A stretch of 64,000 bases of DNA from Macrostomum lignano (Eukaryota): the NCBI GenBank assembly GCA_002269645.1, contig NIVC01003410.1, forward strand, positions 1 to 64,000. Direction: 5' to 3'. Numbering within the stretch: the stretch's first letter is position 1; each line of letters opens with the position of its first letter. The translations under genes were made by a program, and so were the position numbers. The notes under the pieces are model-generated. The model was not told the DNA's origin. It did not search any database and worked only from the letters and a program-made list of their open reading frames with translations. Shown piece after piece: positions 12,771-24,640 of the stretch.

Positions 12771-14688
12771 ACAAGGAGTTCACAAGAGACATGTAACCAT
12801 GTAACCAAACAGGTGACAGTGGAGCATTCACAAAAAAGAGATGTAAGCAGTTGACATTTAAAAAAGCATGTGTGCACGGGGCATTCACGAAACAAAACGG
12901 ACAGTCTACGGAGAATTCACTAAAATATTGAAGCTACAGAGCATTCATAAACAAATAAAGTCGAGCAAAAAGGTGCAGAAAATAACTTTAAGGCATAAAA
13001 ATATGTCAGATACAGAAAACTATCACTGCCATTAATATACACGAGTAAACGATAAGGGCAACAAAAACTAAATAAAAGAAGCATGGGAGGGGAAAAAGGA
13101 AGCACACTGTGCTCTCTGATTCTTGAAAAGCAATTCCAGCTTTGCTTAATAGTAAGTATCCAACACTGACCCAAAATCAAAGCTTTCGCTGGTCATTGAG
13201 TTTCCAGAAGAGGATCAGTCATATAGGTCAGGACTTAAAAGAGCTCAGAACGTACAAATGTAATTAGCGAGTCAGGAGAGTTTTAGGTAATCACTTGATA
13301 TAGGATTTTCTGTCTCTTTTAATAATATTCCTTCAATACGGATTTCAAACTTAAGCTAATGGTGCACTAAGGATGCCATGGTAAGAAAGCAACAAAGTTT
13401 TTCACGTGAACTTATAACCTTGCCATCTGATTTCGATATTTCGGTGGCTTGAGCTATCCATGGGTAAAATTTCTATGACGATGCTTAAAAAGTCTAAAAA
13501 CATTCTGATATCTGAAGCAGTAGTAGGTCAAAGCTCTCTTTTGCTTCTTAAAACAGCGACATACGCGTCTGTGAAACACAACATAAGGGCACTTGTCGTC
13601 AGAACAATAACCTAAGGCGAGCAAATTGTCATAAATGACACAGCATCAACAGGTGACTGGGTGCTCTAGGAGGGGGCTACGAATCGACAAGGTGCATGTG
13701 CCCGGAATTCTGAGCAGTTTTTGGCATTAAAAATGATAATTATGAATAAATCTGGATTGCTGCGCCACGATCACAGCCTCTTGATGGCTACGCCATTATT
13801 GCAGGCTTCAGAGTGGTTGCACTTCGAGACCGGCTACGACCGCGTGTCTGTGCACGACTTTCACAGCCAACTGTCAACTGCAACGTGAAATTCGATTCTC
13901 CAAGATTCAGAGGCTCATTTTAGTTGTCAATTTAACCAATTTCGTTACAGTAAAAATAAAAATCAAATGGCAAGGTTATGAGTTAAAAAGGAAAACAGTT
14001 CTTGATAAAAAATCCTAAAAAGGCATGTTTCGTCTCACATAAATTATGGATATAAAACATTTTCAGGGATAATACTCTACATCACCGAATAAAATCCCGA
14101 TGTAGATGTTTTGTTTTTACAAAATTTGTTCGTGAAATAACGGAAAGTGTCTATAAATTTTCGAATAGCTTTCTGATTGGTAGCAGTTATACTTTCTGTA
14201 ACTTTATATCACCAGCAGAGTATTATAGCCATTTCTAAAATAGTCAATGCAGCCTATTGTAAAAAAACAGCTGAGGTTCTGAGGGCTCACACGAAAATTT
14301 GGCAGAAGATCGCAGATTTGCTCATAAAGCGATCGATGTTCGTTTGATTAATTAGAAATTGCTGTAGAGATAATGACGGCCATCAGAAAACACGAGCTGC
14401 TCATTTGCATGCTGAGTCCGAAAGTCTGGAAATTGGCAAAAAAAATACAATTTAATTCCATTTGAAAGCTGAAACAGACTGATGAAATCTGCGCTGCAAT
14501 ACGGCCCAAATTTCTCGTAAAAACCCTAAAATAACATTTGCTTCGACTGCGCGTAAGCTATTTGCTCCGCAAGAGTTTTGAGTGTGTGCCATTCCTAAAT
14601 GACGCAAGTGTATAAACAAGGACTAATAGACTTGTGAAGTGTTCCTAGTGGTCCTTGTGTATAAATTTGACAACCTTGACAATTTTCC

Positions 14689-17600
14689 TCACCGCTGCAT
14701 CTGCTGCTGCATCTGCTTCAACATGTTCGTCATCTCGGACAATTGCTTCTTCGTTTTCCTTCTGTGCTTTCGCTGCCGTTGCCGAATTTCTTCAGTTTTT
14801 TCATTCAATTGAGTTTCAATTGAGTCTTTCAAGTGTGCCTCAATTCTTGCATTATCCTCTCTCTGAGCAGCTAGCACGTCCTGAGCCTGGTTCTCCACGT
14901 GTGCCTTGAGCACATCGGTGTCGCCCTTGTGCCTCTCCACAGGCCGCTGCAGCCGGGGCCGGTGCTCCCGCAGCCGTTTGGCCTGGTAAATCAGGAAACG
15001 CTTGTAGCCTTCTGGGTAGCCGCTGAAGTCTTTTTTGTTCTGCCACCACGGCTGGAGAGTCAAAAGTTTAGTGCACTTAGGTTTTTGTTTTAACCAAAAT
15101 TTCGTAAATGCATTCAGTCACCGAAACATACGCTTTATCATAGCCAAAGAAGACCTAGACGGGCCACTCAGTCAGCCAAAGGTACACTTTTGATGTAAGC
15201 AGTACGATGTACGTTGTGAATATCGTGAATTTTTTATTCTAACTATAATGCCAAATCACATAAAGATTTAAGTAAGACTTTAATTTCATCGACGATAAAC
15301 CTAGCTGCTTCAAGCGTAATCAATCTTTTTAATAAATTGAGTTCCACAAAGTATAAGAAAATACGAAGAGCTTTTCCTATCCGAAATAAAGAAAAGTAAC
15401 TTACTCTGCTTCTGTACACGAGAAAAGTCTGACTTGACAATATTGGCTAAGCTGTGGCCTTACCTCAGAACCGTCAGGTCCCACTCTGCCGGAGCGCCGC
15501 TCGCACCGACACCTCCGCAGCAGTTTCCAGGCGTAGTGCGGGAACGACAGCGGCGGCGGAACTGGACTGACCTCCGCGAACTCCCGCAGCAGCTCGAACA
15601 GATTCTTGCGCCACAGAACCTCCGCTCTGCTCGCCAACTTCGTCACAGTGCGGCTGAACAGCGCGATCAGCAGGTTCCACATCACGATGTTCACCAGAAG
15701 GAGGTACACGAACATCAGAATTCCATCGTAAGCCCTTTTTCCTTCTTCATCCGCACAGGGCTTCTCATTTGGAAGGAAGTTCTTCCCAGTTGCGAGCGTG
15801 CCAGGATTGCAGGACTCGAAAATCACGCTTTCGAAGATCCCAAACGCCAGTGACACGGGTACGGTGAACACCTTTGTCAGAGCCTGAGCATCTCTTGAGT
15901 CTGAGAAAGCCGGAAACAGCAGGTTGAAGAAAAAGATACCAAATGAGTACACCAGCACCAGCAAGATCAATATGAATGGCAGCAGGTCTTTGAACAGCAA
16001 GCTTTTGAGCATATTGATCTTCGGCCCGGTGACTTTGAAGTAGCTGAGCAGGGCCACAGAGCGGAATCCCAGTAGCAGAAATGAGGCGCTGAGCACAACC
16101 TGACTGCTGCGTAGGAGGATGGGGCCGGTGAGCTCGCCGCGCAGCTTCAGGACCAGACCTGCCCACATCAGCAGCAGCCCAGCCATGTCAAAGTAGTTGA
16201 ACAGGTCCGTGAAGTAGCCTGGAACCTTTAGATGGCGGCCAAAAATTGTCACGTCCTTCAGAGACATATTGTTTAGAAAATCATTGATTTCCTGCAGAGT
16301 GAAGGACAGTGCGTACGACAGCAGGATGATGTCTGGAACTGGAGACTGCTTGGTCCGACTGAAGTCCGTCACGTACCAGGCAAAGTAGAGCAGGAAGAGC
16401 AGGAAAGAGACGGCATGTATTACATATCTCTGCTGAATTGTTGCACCTTCAGGCCGCTTGCCGGTGCAGCAGTGCGGAGAGCTGCTCCAGGGCAACGGTG
16501 GAGGCTTTTTCCACTGCTGATCTACCAAATTGCTGATGCAGTCAGTCGCGAACAAGTCGTCACAGTCCAGAGTCTCCACAAGATGCATGACTGACACAAA
16601 CTCTTTATCAACTTCATTTGAAGGCTTCTTCGCAGGTCGAGAAACGGATTCAATTGGTGGCAGAAACCTCGGCCCAGCAGCAGACTGTTTACCTGAAGTA
16701 CAAAACGAGCCAGTCAGGTAGTTGAAGAGATTTTTCCGATCATCTTCATCGCCATCAACATAGAGATGGTCCAGGATGTTGACGACAACATTCAACGCTC
16801 GAAATTGCACCTTCTGCATAGTTTCGCTTTTACTTGACCTGAAGTTCAGCTTTAAATAAATAAGCAACCTCAGGGTCTGAGGGATGATGTCGAATTGAGG
16901 CAGCAGCATGAGGTCGGTTAAAAGCTTTGGTTTCTCGAGCAGTATAGCATATTCCATAAGCACTAGGGTTTTTGAATTTCTGTCTCGCTCTGAGAAAAAC
17001 TGCTGCAGAGTCGCTATTATGGGAGACTTTGAACCTTGCTGGTTTTTACGAATCTGGGTTAAAATATGAAGAGAAAACTGCTCATCAATCTCATCGATGG
17101 CAAAGCCCAAACTGATCAAGCTGCGCAGCATTTCCGTTGAATCCAGCTCGAAGGCTCTGAACAGCATCTGAACTTCTGCAGATTCTTCAGACTTTGGCAT
17201 CATGCCAGCTTCTTGTCCTTTTTTCATGTCATCTTCAATGCTAGCCTTGAGCGAGGAGTCGTTGAACTGAGTCAAGTAATTCCGTGCACTCTGTTTGTCA
17301 GGAAGTTTGAGTGCCCTCTTTGCAACATCCACTAACTTAAGCAGTTCTCTAAGGGTAAATAGCTTCTTTTGAGGAGCTTCATTGATGTCATCTGCTAGCT
17401 CAATAAGAACTTCGAGCATCTCCTTGTTGCAGGCAAAATCTACGCACGTCTGTCCAGCTGCCGTCTCATCCTCCAGTTTCGCATCCTGCTGTAGAAGATA
17501 TTTGATATTTTCTTTTTTGCCACATTCGCAGGCAAAGTGCAAACATTTCGCCTCTTTAAATGGACCGGTGGCGACTCGAACATCTAAAAGTTTTTCAAGA

Positions 17601-19810
17601 CTGAGACCACAAAGCCTGCTTAACTCGTCTGCAATCATCGGAAGCTCGTACTTTGTGCAAAAAACGTGAGCCACGTGCAGACCTTCCGAGTTTCTTTGGA
17701 GGCTTTTAAAAACCTTTGCAAGAGAAGACGTCATAAGAGCGTCCAAAGCTTCTTTCAAGTTTATTTCACTGGCCACTGAAGCAAAAAGACAATTATGCTT
17801 CTGCTTGTTTTCAGCTGCAGGATCAACGCCATTATCAACAAGGCATTGTATGCGATCGATGAGTAGCTGTAATCCATCTGAATCACAGAACGGGTTCAGA
17901 TTTATGAACACTGCGTGCAACATACTATTGCCTTCAGAGTCCGTTTTAAAAAAATCAAACAAAACGTGTCGATCCTTATTTTGGACTCGATCCAATTCCA
18001 ATAGCCATCGAAAAACATCTGGATGAGTACAATTGACAGCAGAAAGATAAAATTGGGTTTGCTGCAGATGATTATCAATAGTCAGACAATTTGTCAACTC
18101 AAATTTCTCGATTGGGTAATTCAGTGTTGTCGTATTTTGATGGCGAAAAGCGATATGCAAAGCATTATTCCCATCAATATCACGATTAAAGAACTGCTGC
18201 TTGTCCTCGACAATGGAAGTGAGCCACTGAAACACTGCCGGATTCTTCGTGTTGAAAGCTGCCCTGTGCAAGACACTTTGTTTTTTAGCAGTTTTTGCAG
18301 ACAGGCACTGCTGCAGACCAAGCTTCTCAGTCACTTGTTGTAGTGTGTCTAAATCTAGAAAAGAAAATGCATCGCTAACAGCGCTGTATCCGAAATCGTC
18401 CAGAACAAAGAACTGCTGCTTGTCCTCGACAATGGAACTGAGCCGCAGAAACACTGCCGGGTTTGCCGTGTTAAAAGCTGCCCTGTGCAAGGCGCTTTCG
18501 TTTTTAGCTGTTTTAGCAGCCAGGCACTGCTGAAGACCGAGCTTTTTGGTCACTTCTTTTAAAGTGGCTAAATCTAGAATAGAAAATGCAATGCTAACAG
18601 CGCTGTAGCCGTAATTGTCCAGAGCAAAGAACTGCTGCTTGTCCTCACAATGGCAATCAGCCACAGAAACACTGACGGTTTCGCCGTGTTGAAAGCTGCC
18701 CTGTGCAAGACACTTTGTTTTTTAGCAGTTTTTGCAGCCAGCACTGCTGCAGACCAAGCTTCTCAGTCACTTGTTGTAGTGTGTCTAAATCTAACTTCAA
18801 AAACGCAGCGCTAACAGCGCTGTACCCATAATCGTTCAAAAAAAGAACTGCTGCTTGTCCTCAACAATGGAAAGGAGCCACAAAAGCACTGCCGGATTCG
18901 CAGCATTTAAAGCTGCTCTGTACAAGACAGTTTCATTTTTTGCAGTTTTTGCTGCCAGACACTGTTGCAGACCAAGCTTGTCAGTCACTTCTTTTAATGT
19001 GATCAAATCCAGCTTCTCAAATGCAATGCTAACAGCACTGAAGCCGCCATAGTCCTGAGCAAAGAACTGCTGCTTGTCCTCGACAATGGATATGAGCCAC
19101 AGAAACACTTCTGGACTAGCCTTCCGGAAAGCTGCTCTGTGCAAGACACTTTGATTTTTAGCAGTTTTTGCAGACAGGCATTGCTGAATACCAAGATTAT
19201 TGGTCACTTCTTTTAAAGTGGCTAAATCTAGAGTAGAAAATGCAATGCTAACAGCGCTGTATCCGTAATTGTCCAGAGCAAAGAACTGCTGCTTGTCCTC
19301 GACAATGTCAATGAGCCACAGAAACACTGCTGGGTTTTCCGCGTTGAAAGCTGCTCTATGGAAGACACTTTCATTTTTAGCAGTTTTTGTAGCTAGGCAT
19401 TGCGGAAGACCAAAAATGTCAGTCACTTGCTGTAGTGTCTCTAAATCCAGCTCAGAAAATGCACTGCTAACAGCACTGACGCCGTCACTGTCTCGAGCGA
19501 AGAACTGCTGCTTGTCCTCGACAATGGAAGTGAGCCACAGAAACACTTGTGGATTCGTGGTATTGAAAGAAGCTCTATGCAAGACACTTTGATTTTTAGC
19601 AGTTTTATCAGCCAGGCACTGCTGCAGACCGAGCTTCCCAGTAACGTTTTTTAGTGTGTTTAAATCGAGCTTTTCAAAAGCATTGCTAACAGCACTGTAG
19701 CCGTCTTTGCTCAGAGCAAAGAACTGCTGCTTGTCCTCCTCAGTGGCAATGCGTGACAGAAACTCTGAACCTTCGTCGATGGATGTAGTTGAACTAAATA
19801 CTTGGTCCAT
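14689..19810 (-). CDS. TRP-family cation channel with N-terminal ankyrin-like repeat array and TRPM-like transmembrane/TRP-box/coiled-coil region (about 1570 aa if indels are corrected)
   Basis: Large exon 19810-15464 (donor GAG|GTAAGG) and terminal exon 15051-14689 (acceptor CTCCAG|CCG, phase 0). Eight EDKQQFF anchors at a 219-bp period. Six hydrophobic segments including YFTDLFNYFDMAGL, GFRSVALLSYFKVTGPKINM, FKDLLPFILILLVLVYSFGI and NLLIALFS...VLWRKNLFELLREF...PVPPPLS. Three 1-nt deletions at 18647-18844. Confidence 0.88.
18191..19740 (-). repeat. Coding 219-bp (73-aa) tandem repeat, two ankyrin-like halves per unit
   Basis: Anchor GAACTGCTGCTTGTCCTC at 19721, 19502, 19283, 19064, 18845, 18629, 18410, 18191 (spacing 219, 219, 219, 219, 216, 219, 219). 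Confidence 0.93.
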
Positions 19811-20439
19811 TGGAGTCTGTCAATTGATGATTTCAGGTTCGACAATTTTTTCTGAGGACTCTTGTTGGTGCTCTGAAATGTGACAATTGGGAAATTTTCA
19901 GTGAATTCCAGACAAATTTATAATTCTTTTAATAAACATATCAGCAAAATGTAATTTTACAAAGCGTTTTTGATTTATGACTTGACTATTTGTTTGTTTG
20001 CTAAAGAAAATGGTTTAAATACTATATTCGACTTAACCAAATCAACTCACAAGAGTAAACCACTTTGCGCTACCGGGAATAAATCCATTGAAACTTTCAA
20101 AAAGACTGCACTGTACAGTAGAATGAGGAAAATCGAGTACTTTTAGAGGGGTAGAAGAAAAGAAAGGTTTCAGCAGCGAAGACTGTACTTAGTTTTAGAA
20201 TGTGACGCAGAATTTTATTTGTGCTTGAGATTAATACGTTAACGTCTGATAGATGGAGCGAGAGGACTTGGCTAATAATCGCATTTGAACAATTGGTGTT
20301 AGCAATTGGGAATGAAACATGCGCAAATTTATTTTTTTATAAAGTGATCTATATTGGGGCACAGTTAATGTTTGGTGGCAGCGGTTCGATTTTTAATAGA
20401 GAGCACAAGACCTCTGCCTATTAAAGACTCCGGGGGACT

Positions 20440-21520
20440 TCTATGAGTTGGTGTGACAGAAGCATGACCTACACCAATCCGCAGGTGCAATCCGTGCTTC
20501 GTGTGATTTTATATCGAAAGAGTCGTACAGCAATTCGTGCCGGTGGATGCTGGACACTGGAGTGCAGATCATCGACGTTGCATTGAGAGAGCTGGGTGGT
20601 CCTTGTGAACTACAACCAGCAGACGTTAGGCCTGTCGATGGACGTCTCCGCTCTCGAGCTGCTCAGAAGTGCAATATTACGGTGTAACTTGGAAACCAGC
20701 TGCGCAGACAGTTGAACTGAAGGGGATTCGCTCAGATTTCATCCTACGGATGGACTTCGAAGGCAAGGCGGTCAGATCAACCAGCACTGTCGAGTCTGCA
20801 AAGATGATTGCATCCAATGGCGTGTCCGCTGCGTTTAGCGACATCGAACGCAAACGTGATGTACCGGTCCTACCGCTTAGCGCTCCTGTGCTCATTTCCA
20901 GAGGTCAGAGCGCCGTCGTGGTACCGCCGAGGTCAACGAAGGTCGTGAACGTGGCGACGAAGTTACAGCAGGCAAAGAGTTTTTTGAGTCATCGCAAGAG
21001 TGCAACGACAGAACCCAAGTACTGCCCTGCCGCGTGTTCGTGGTGTCTCGACCAGAGGAGAGATTTCGGTTTAAATGAAACCGAGGAAGACTTGAGTTAC
21101 AGCCCAGTCATGCTGTTCTGCAACCAAAGCATCAGCACTTTCGAGACAAGAATAAGAATGATAAAGCCATCGACCCAGATCGTGCTGGACGAATGCGCGT
21201 GTCCCATCAGCGACGTACCACGTCGCGTTGCACACACTTTAAGGAGGCAGGTGGCTGAGAAGCTGGAGCAAAGGGATCGGCATGGCGTCATCGAAGCCGG
21301 GGCTGTTGGCCCCAGGATCTCAGCACCTGCACTTGTGTGTAATCGCGTGGTTAAGAACTGTATCTGTGCATTATGAGTCTGCTTTGGCCTCTTTCCTAGC
21401 CAGCGATGCTCACACCTGCCCTGTTTTGGTGAGATGATGGCTCAAGAGACCTCGTATTCCGTTTTTCACCTTGCTAGGCGCACTTCGAAGTGTACTCGTC
21501 CCGTGGGTGTTAAGGTAGGA
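20440..21520 (+). mobile_element. Decayed Ty3/gypsy LTR-retrotransposon pol fragment (protease to RT N-terminus)
   Basis: WMLDTGVQII (retropepsin DTG), DFILRMDF (ILGMDF-like), VVVPPRST, then PRRVAHTLRRQVAEKLEQ...GVIEA (RT start); stops and frameshifts throughout. Confidence 0.72.
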
Positions 21521-21599
21521 TTCCTGTGTCTTGATGAGCAGCTTCTTTGACGCAGAGGTTCTGATTTTACAATAAACTCACCCTCTAAGGTTCAAGTGT

Positions 21600-22302
21600 A
21601 ACTCCGCTATAATGGACGCTTGGCCGAGGAGTAGTCTGGTCGCCAACAATTTTCCCTAGGCCCTTGTGTCCCGCTGCTTGGTTTGGGGTTGCCGCCTTGC
21701 GGCTCTTTGCCTGTGCTCTGCTGGAAGTCCCAACTTTTCCAGTTCAAGTTAATGGCTTCTAGCCGAAGTAATCTACCGGCTGCGAACGACACAGTGTCTC
21801 CGGCCTCGATCGGAGCTGTGGACTCCGCAGCCATACGATCTGCTTTCATCGGGGACGCCCCGGCGAGACCCATGGAGCAAACTCTGAGCGGTGCCTCTGC
21901 GATCTGCCACTCCAGCTACCAATAGACGGCTGAGCACCACCTCTGGAGCTGCCCGCCGCCGATTTAACGAGGCGAAGCGGGCCAAAATGGACGGAAACCT
22001 GACCAGTTCCAGGGGCCAACGCTTCTGCAGAGGTAGACATTTTTCGGGTGTTGAGGGGCAGATGTTCAGGCAGACAACGCCAACCGCCGGATCATTACAC
22101 AGCGAACTGGTGACAAACTGTTTGCTGTGGGTTGTCTTCCAGCCTCGGCAGTGAGCAAAATTCAACTGCTAGACATCCTCAGCTAGTCTCCTAAGGACGC
22201 CGTCGGCTTCTTCAACAGATGACACCAGACACCAGAGACGGATTACCCGATCCCCCTTGGTAGTTCGACGGTTAGCGAATGGATTGGTATTATTATTATT
22301 AA
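21600..22302 (+). mobile_element. Possible decayed non-LTR retrotransposon 3' end
   Basis: TAEHHLWSCP resembles the ORF2 C-terminal zinc-knuckle motif; ends in a (TAT)n tail at about 22289-22302. Weak. Confidence 0.3.
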
Positions 22303-23114
22303 TATAGATCTTTCAGCATTAGAAGGCCTGAACTATCTATTTTAAGGGGCCTGGATACAGGACCCAACTCACATTGATCATCTGATCATCAGAGTTCAAA
22401 TTCCCTGAGGCCACTCTTAGTAGTCTAGCAAGTACAAGGTAGGTGATTGGTGAACTGAAGTCGCTACACAATCTCCAAACACGGAACATCTTTTTGAGTA
22501 TATTTGAGGATTGGGGAACGCAATAAACAAAAAGAGCATGTTGCATATTACATTAGCAACGAGTATTACAGTATGTGAATTGGGTCAAATTGAATCAACC
22601 GTAACATTATGCAATGATATGATAATTATGCAAGACGGACGGCCCACCCCCTAATTTAAAAAATTAATTTCTTACATTGTGAGTATGATGGAAAGAGATA
22701 AATTTCGAATGACGAATGAATGAGACGATCCGGCGAGCTGTGCCCTGAAGCGCCCCTGGCAGAGAATTGGAACTGGGAAGACCGGACGACACTTCTGGAC
22801 GCACCCCCAGTAGACGGTGAGCGACAAGTAGATGAGACAGCACGGGCCAAGTCGACACGAGATGAGACAGCACGGGCCGACAGACTAGCTCGTAATGGAC
22901 TGAGTGCAAGGTAGGTGAACTGAAGGAGGGCAGAAGTCGCTACAGGAATGACGGTACGTCTGCTCAGAAGGGGTGGTGGCAGCCTCCGTGGTCGGGGGTC
23001 CTCTTCAGCAGACCGGAGACTATCATAGGCATCTTTGCAACAAGAGGAGACGATATACCCTCAGGCCAGAAGGCTACATGTACTTTAAAATTCTTTCACT
23101 CAGATCGAGGGACC

Positions 23115-24640
23115 TGTAATTAGAGGCCTGTGTAATCAGAGGTCTGTGTAATCAGAGGTCTGTGTAATCAGAGGTCTGTGTAATCAGAGGACTGTGTAAT
23201 CAGAGGTCTGTGTAATCAGAGGTCTGTGTAATCAGAGGTCTGTGTAATCAGAGGTCTGTGTAATCAGAGGTCTGTGTAATCAGAGGTCTGTGTAATCAGA
23301 GGTCTGTGTAGCTCGTAATCAGATGTCTGTGTAGCTCGTAATCAGATGTCTGTGTAGCTCGTAATCAGAGGCCTGTGTAATCAGAGGCCTGTGTAATCAG
23401 AGGCCTGTGTAATCAGAGGCCTGTGTAATCAGAGGCCTGTGTAATCAGAGGCCTGTGTAATCAGAGGCCTGTGTAATCAGAGGCCTGTGTAATCAGAGGC
23501 CTGTGTGATCAGAGGTCTGTGTAATCAGAGGTCTGTGTAATCAGAGGTCTGTGTAATCAGAGGTCTGTGTAATCAGAGACCTGTGTAATCAGAGGCCTGT
23601 GTAATCAGAGGCCTGTGTAATCAGAGGCCTGTGTAATCAGAGGTCTGTGTAATCAGAGGTCTGTGTAATCAGAGGTCTGTGTAATCAGAGGTCTGTGTAG
23701 CTCGTAATCAGATGTCTGTGTAGCTCGTAATCAGATGTCTGTGTAGCTCGTAATCAGAGGCCTGTGTAATCAGAGGCCTGTGTAATCAGAGGCCTGTGTA
23801 ATCAGAGGCCTGTGTAATCAGAGGCCTGTGTAATCAGAGGCCTGTGTAATCAGAGGTCTGTGTAATCAGAGGCCTGTGTAATCAGAGGCCTGTGTAATCA
23901 GAGGCCTGTGTAATCAGAGGCCTGTGTAATCAGAGGCCTGTGTAATCAGAGGCCTGTGTAATCAGAGGCCTGTGTAATCAGAGGCCTGTGTAATCAGAGG
24001 CCTGTGTAATCAGAGGCCTGTGTAATCAGAGGCCTGTGTAATCAGAGGCCTGTGTAATCAGAGGCCTGTGTAATCAGAGGTCTGTGTAATCAGAGGCCTG
24101 TGTAATCAGAGGCCTGTGTAATCAGAGGCCTGTGTAATCAGAGGCCTGTGTGATCAGAGGTCTGTGTAATCAGAGGACTGTGTAATCAGAGGCCTGTGTA
24201 ATCAGAGGCCTGTGTAATCAGAGGCCTGTGTAATCAGAGGTCTGTGTAATCAGAGGCCTGTGTAATCAGAGGCCTGTGTAATCAGAGGCCTGTGTAATCA
24301 GAGGCCTGTGTAATCAGAGGCCTGTGTAATCAGAGGCCTGTGTAATCAGAGGCCTGTGTAATCAGAGGCCTGTGTAATCAGAGGCCTGTGTAATCAGAGG
24401 CCTGTGTAATCAGAGGCCTGTGTAATCAGAGGCCTGTGTAATCAGAGGCCTGTGTAATCAGAGGTCTGTGTAATCAGAGGCCTGTGTAATCAGAGGTCTG
24501 TGTAATCAGAGGTCTGTGTAATCAGAGGTCTGTGTAGCTCGTAATCAGATGTCTGTGTAGCTCGTAATCAGAGGTCTGTGTAATCAGAGGCCTGTGTAAT
24601 CAGAGGCCTGTGTAATCAGAGGTCTGTGTAATCAGAGGTC
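23115..24640. repeat. 16-bp minisatellite (TGTAATCAGAGG[C/T]CTG) with interspersed longer variant units
   Basis: About 90 units; GCTCGTAATCAGATGTCTGTGTA variants cluster near 23310-23370, 23700-23750 and 24537-24570. Confidence 0.98.

Noticed and set aside
15434-19592. Plus-strand ORFs overlapping the TRP gene
   Set aside because: Antisense shadows of the channel and repeat coding sequence.
19811-20100. Upstream coding exon for the TRP gene (ATG near 20088, donor at 20050, acceptor at 19873)
   Set aside because: Splicing gives a short ORF that stops before the repeats, and an in-frame TGA precedes ATG 19810; at best a 5' UTR exon or uORF.
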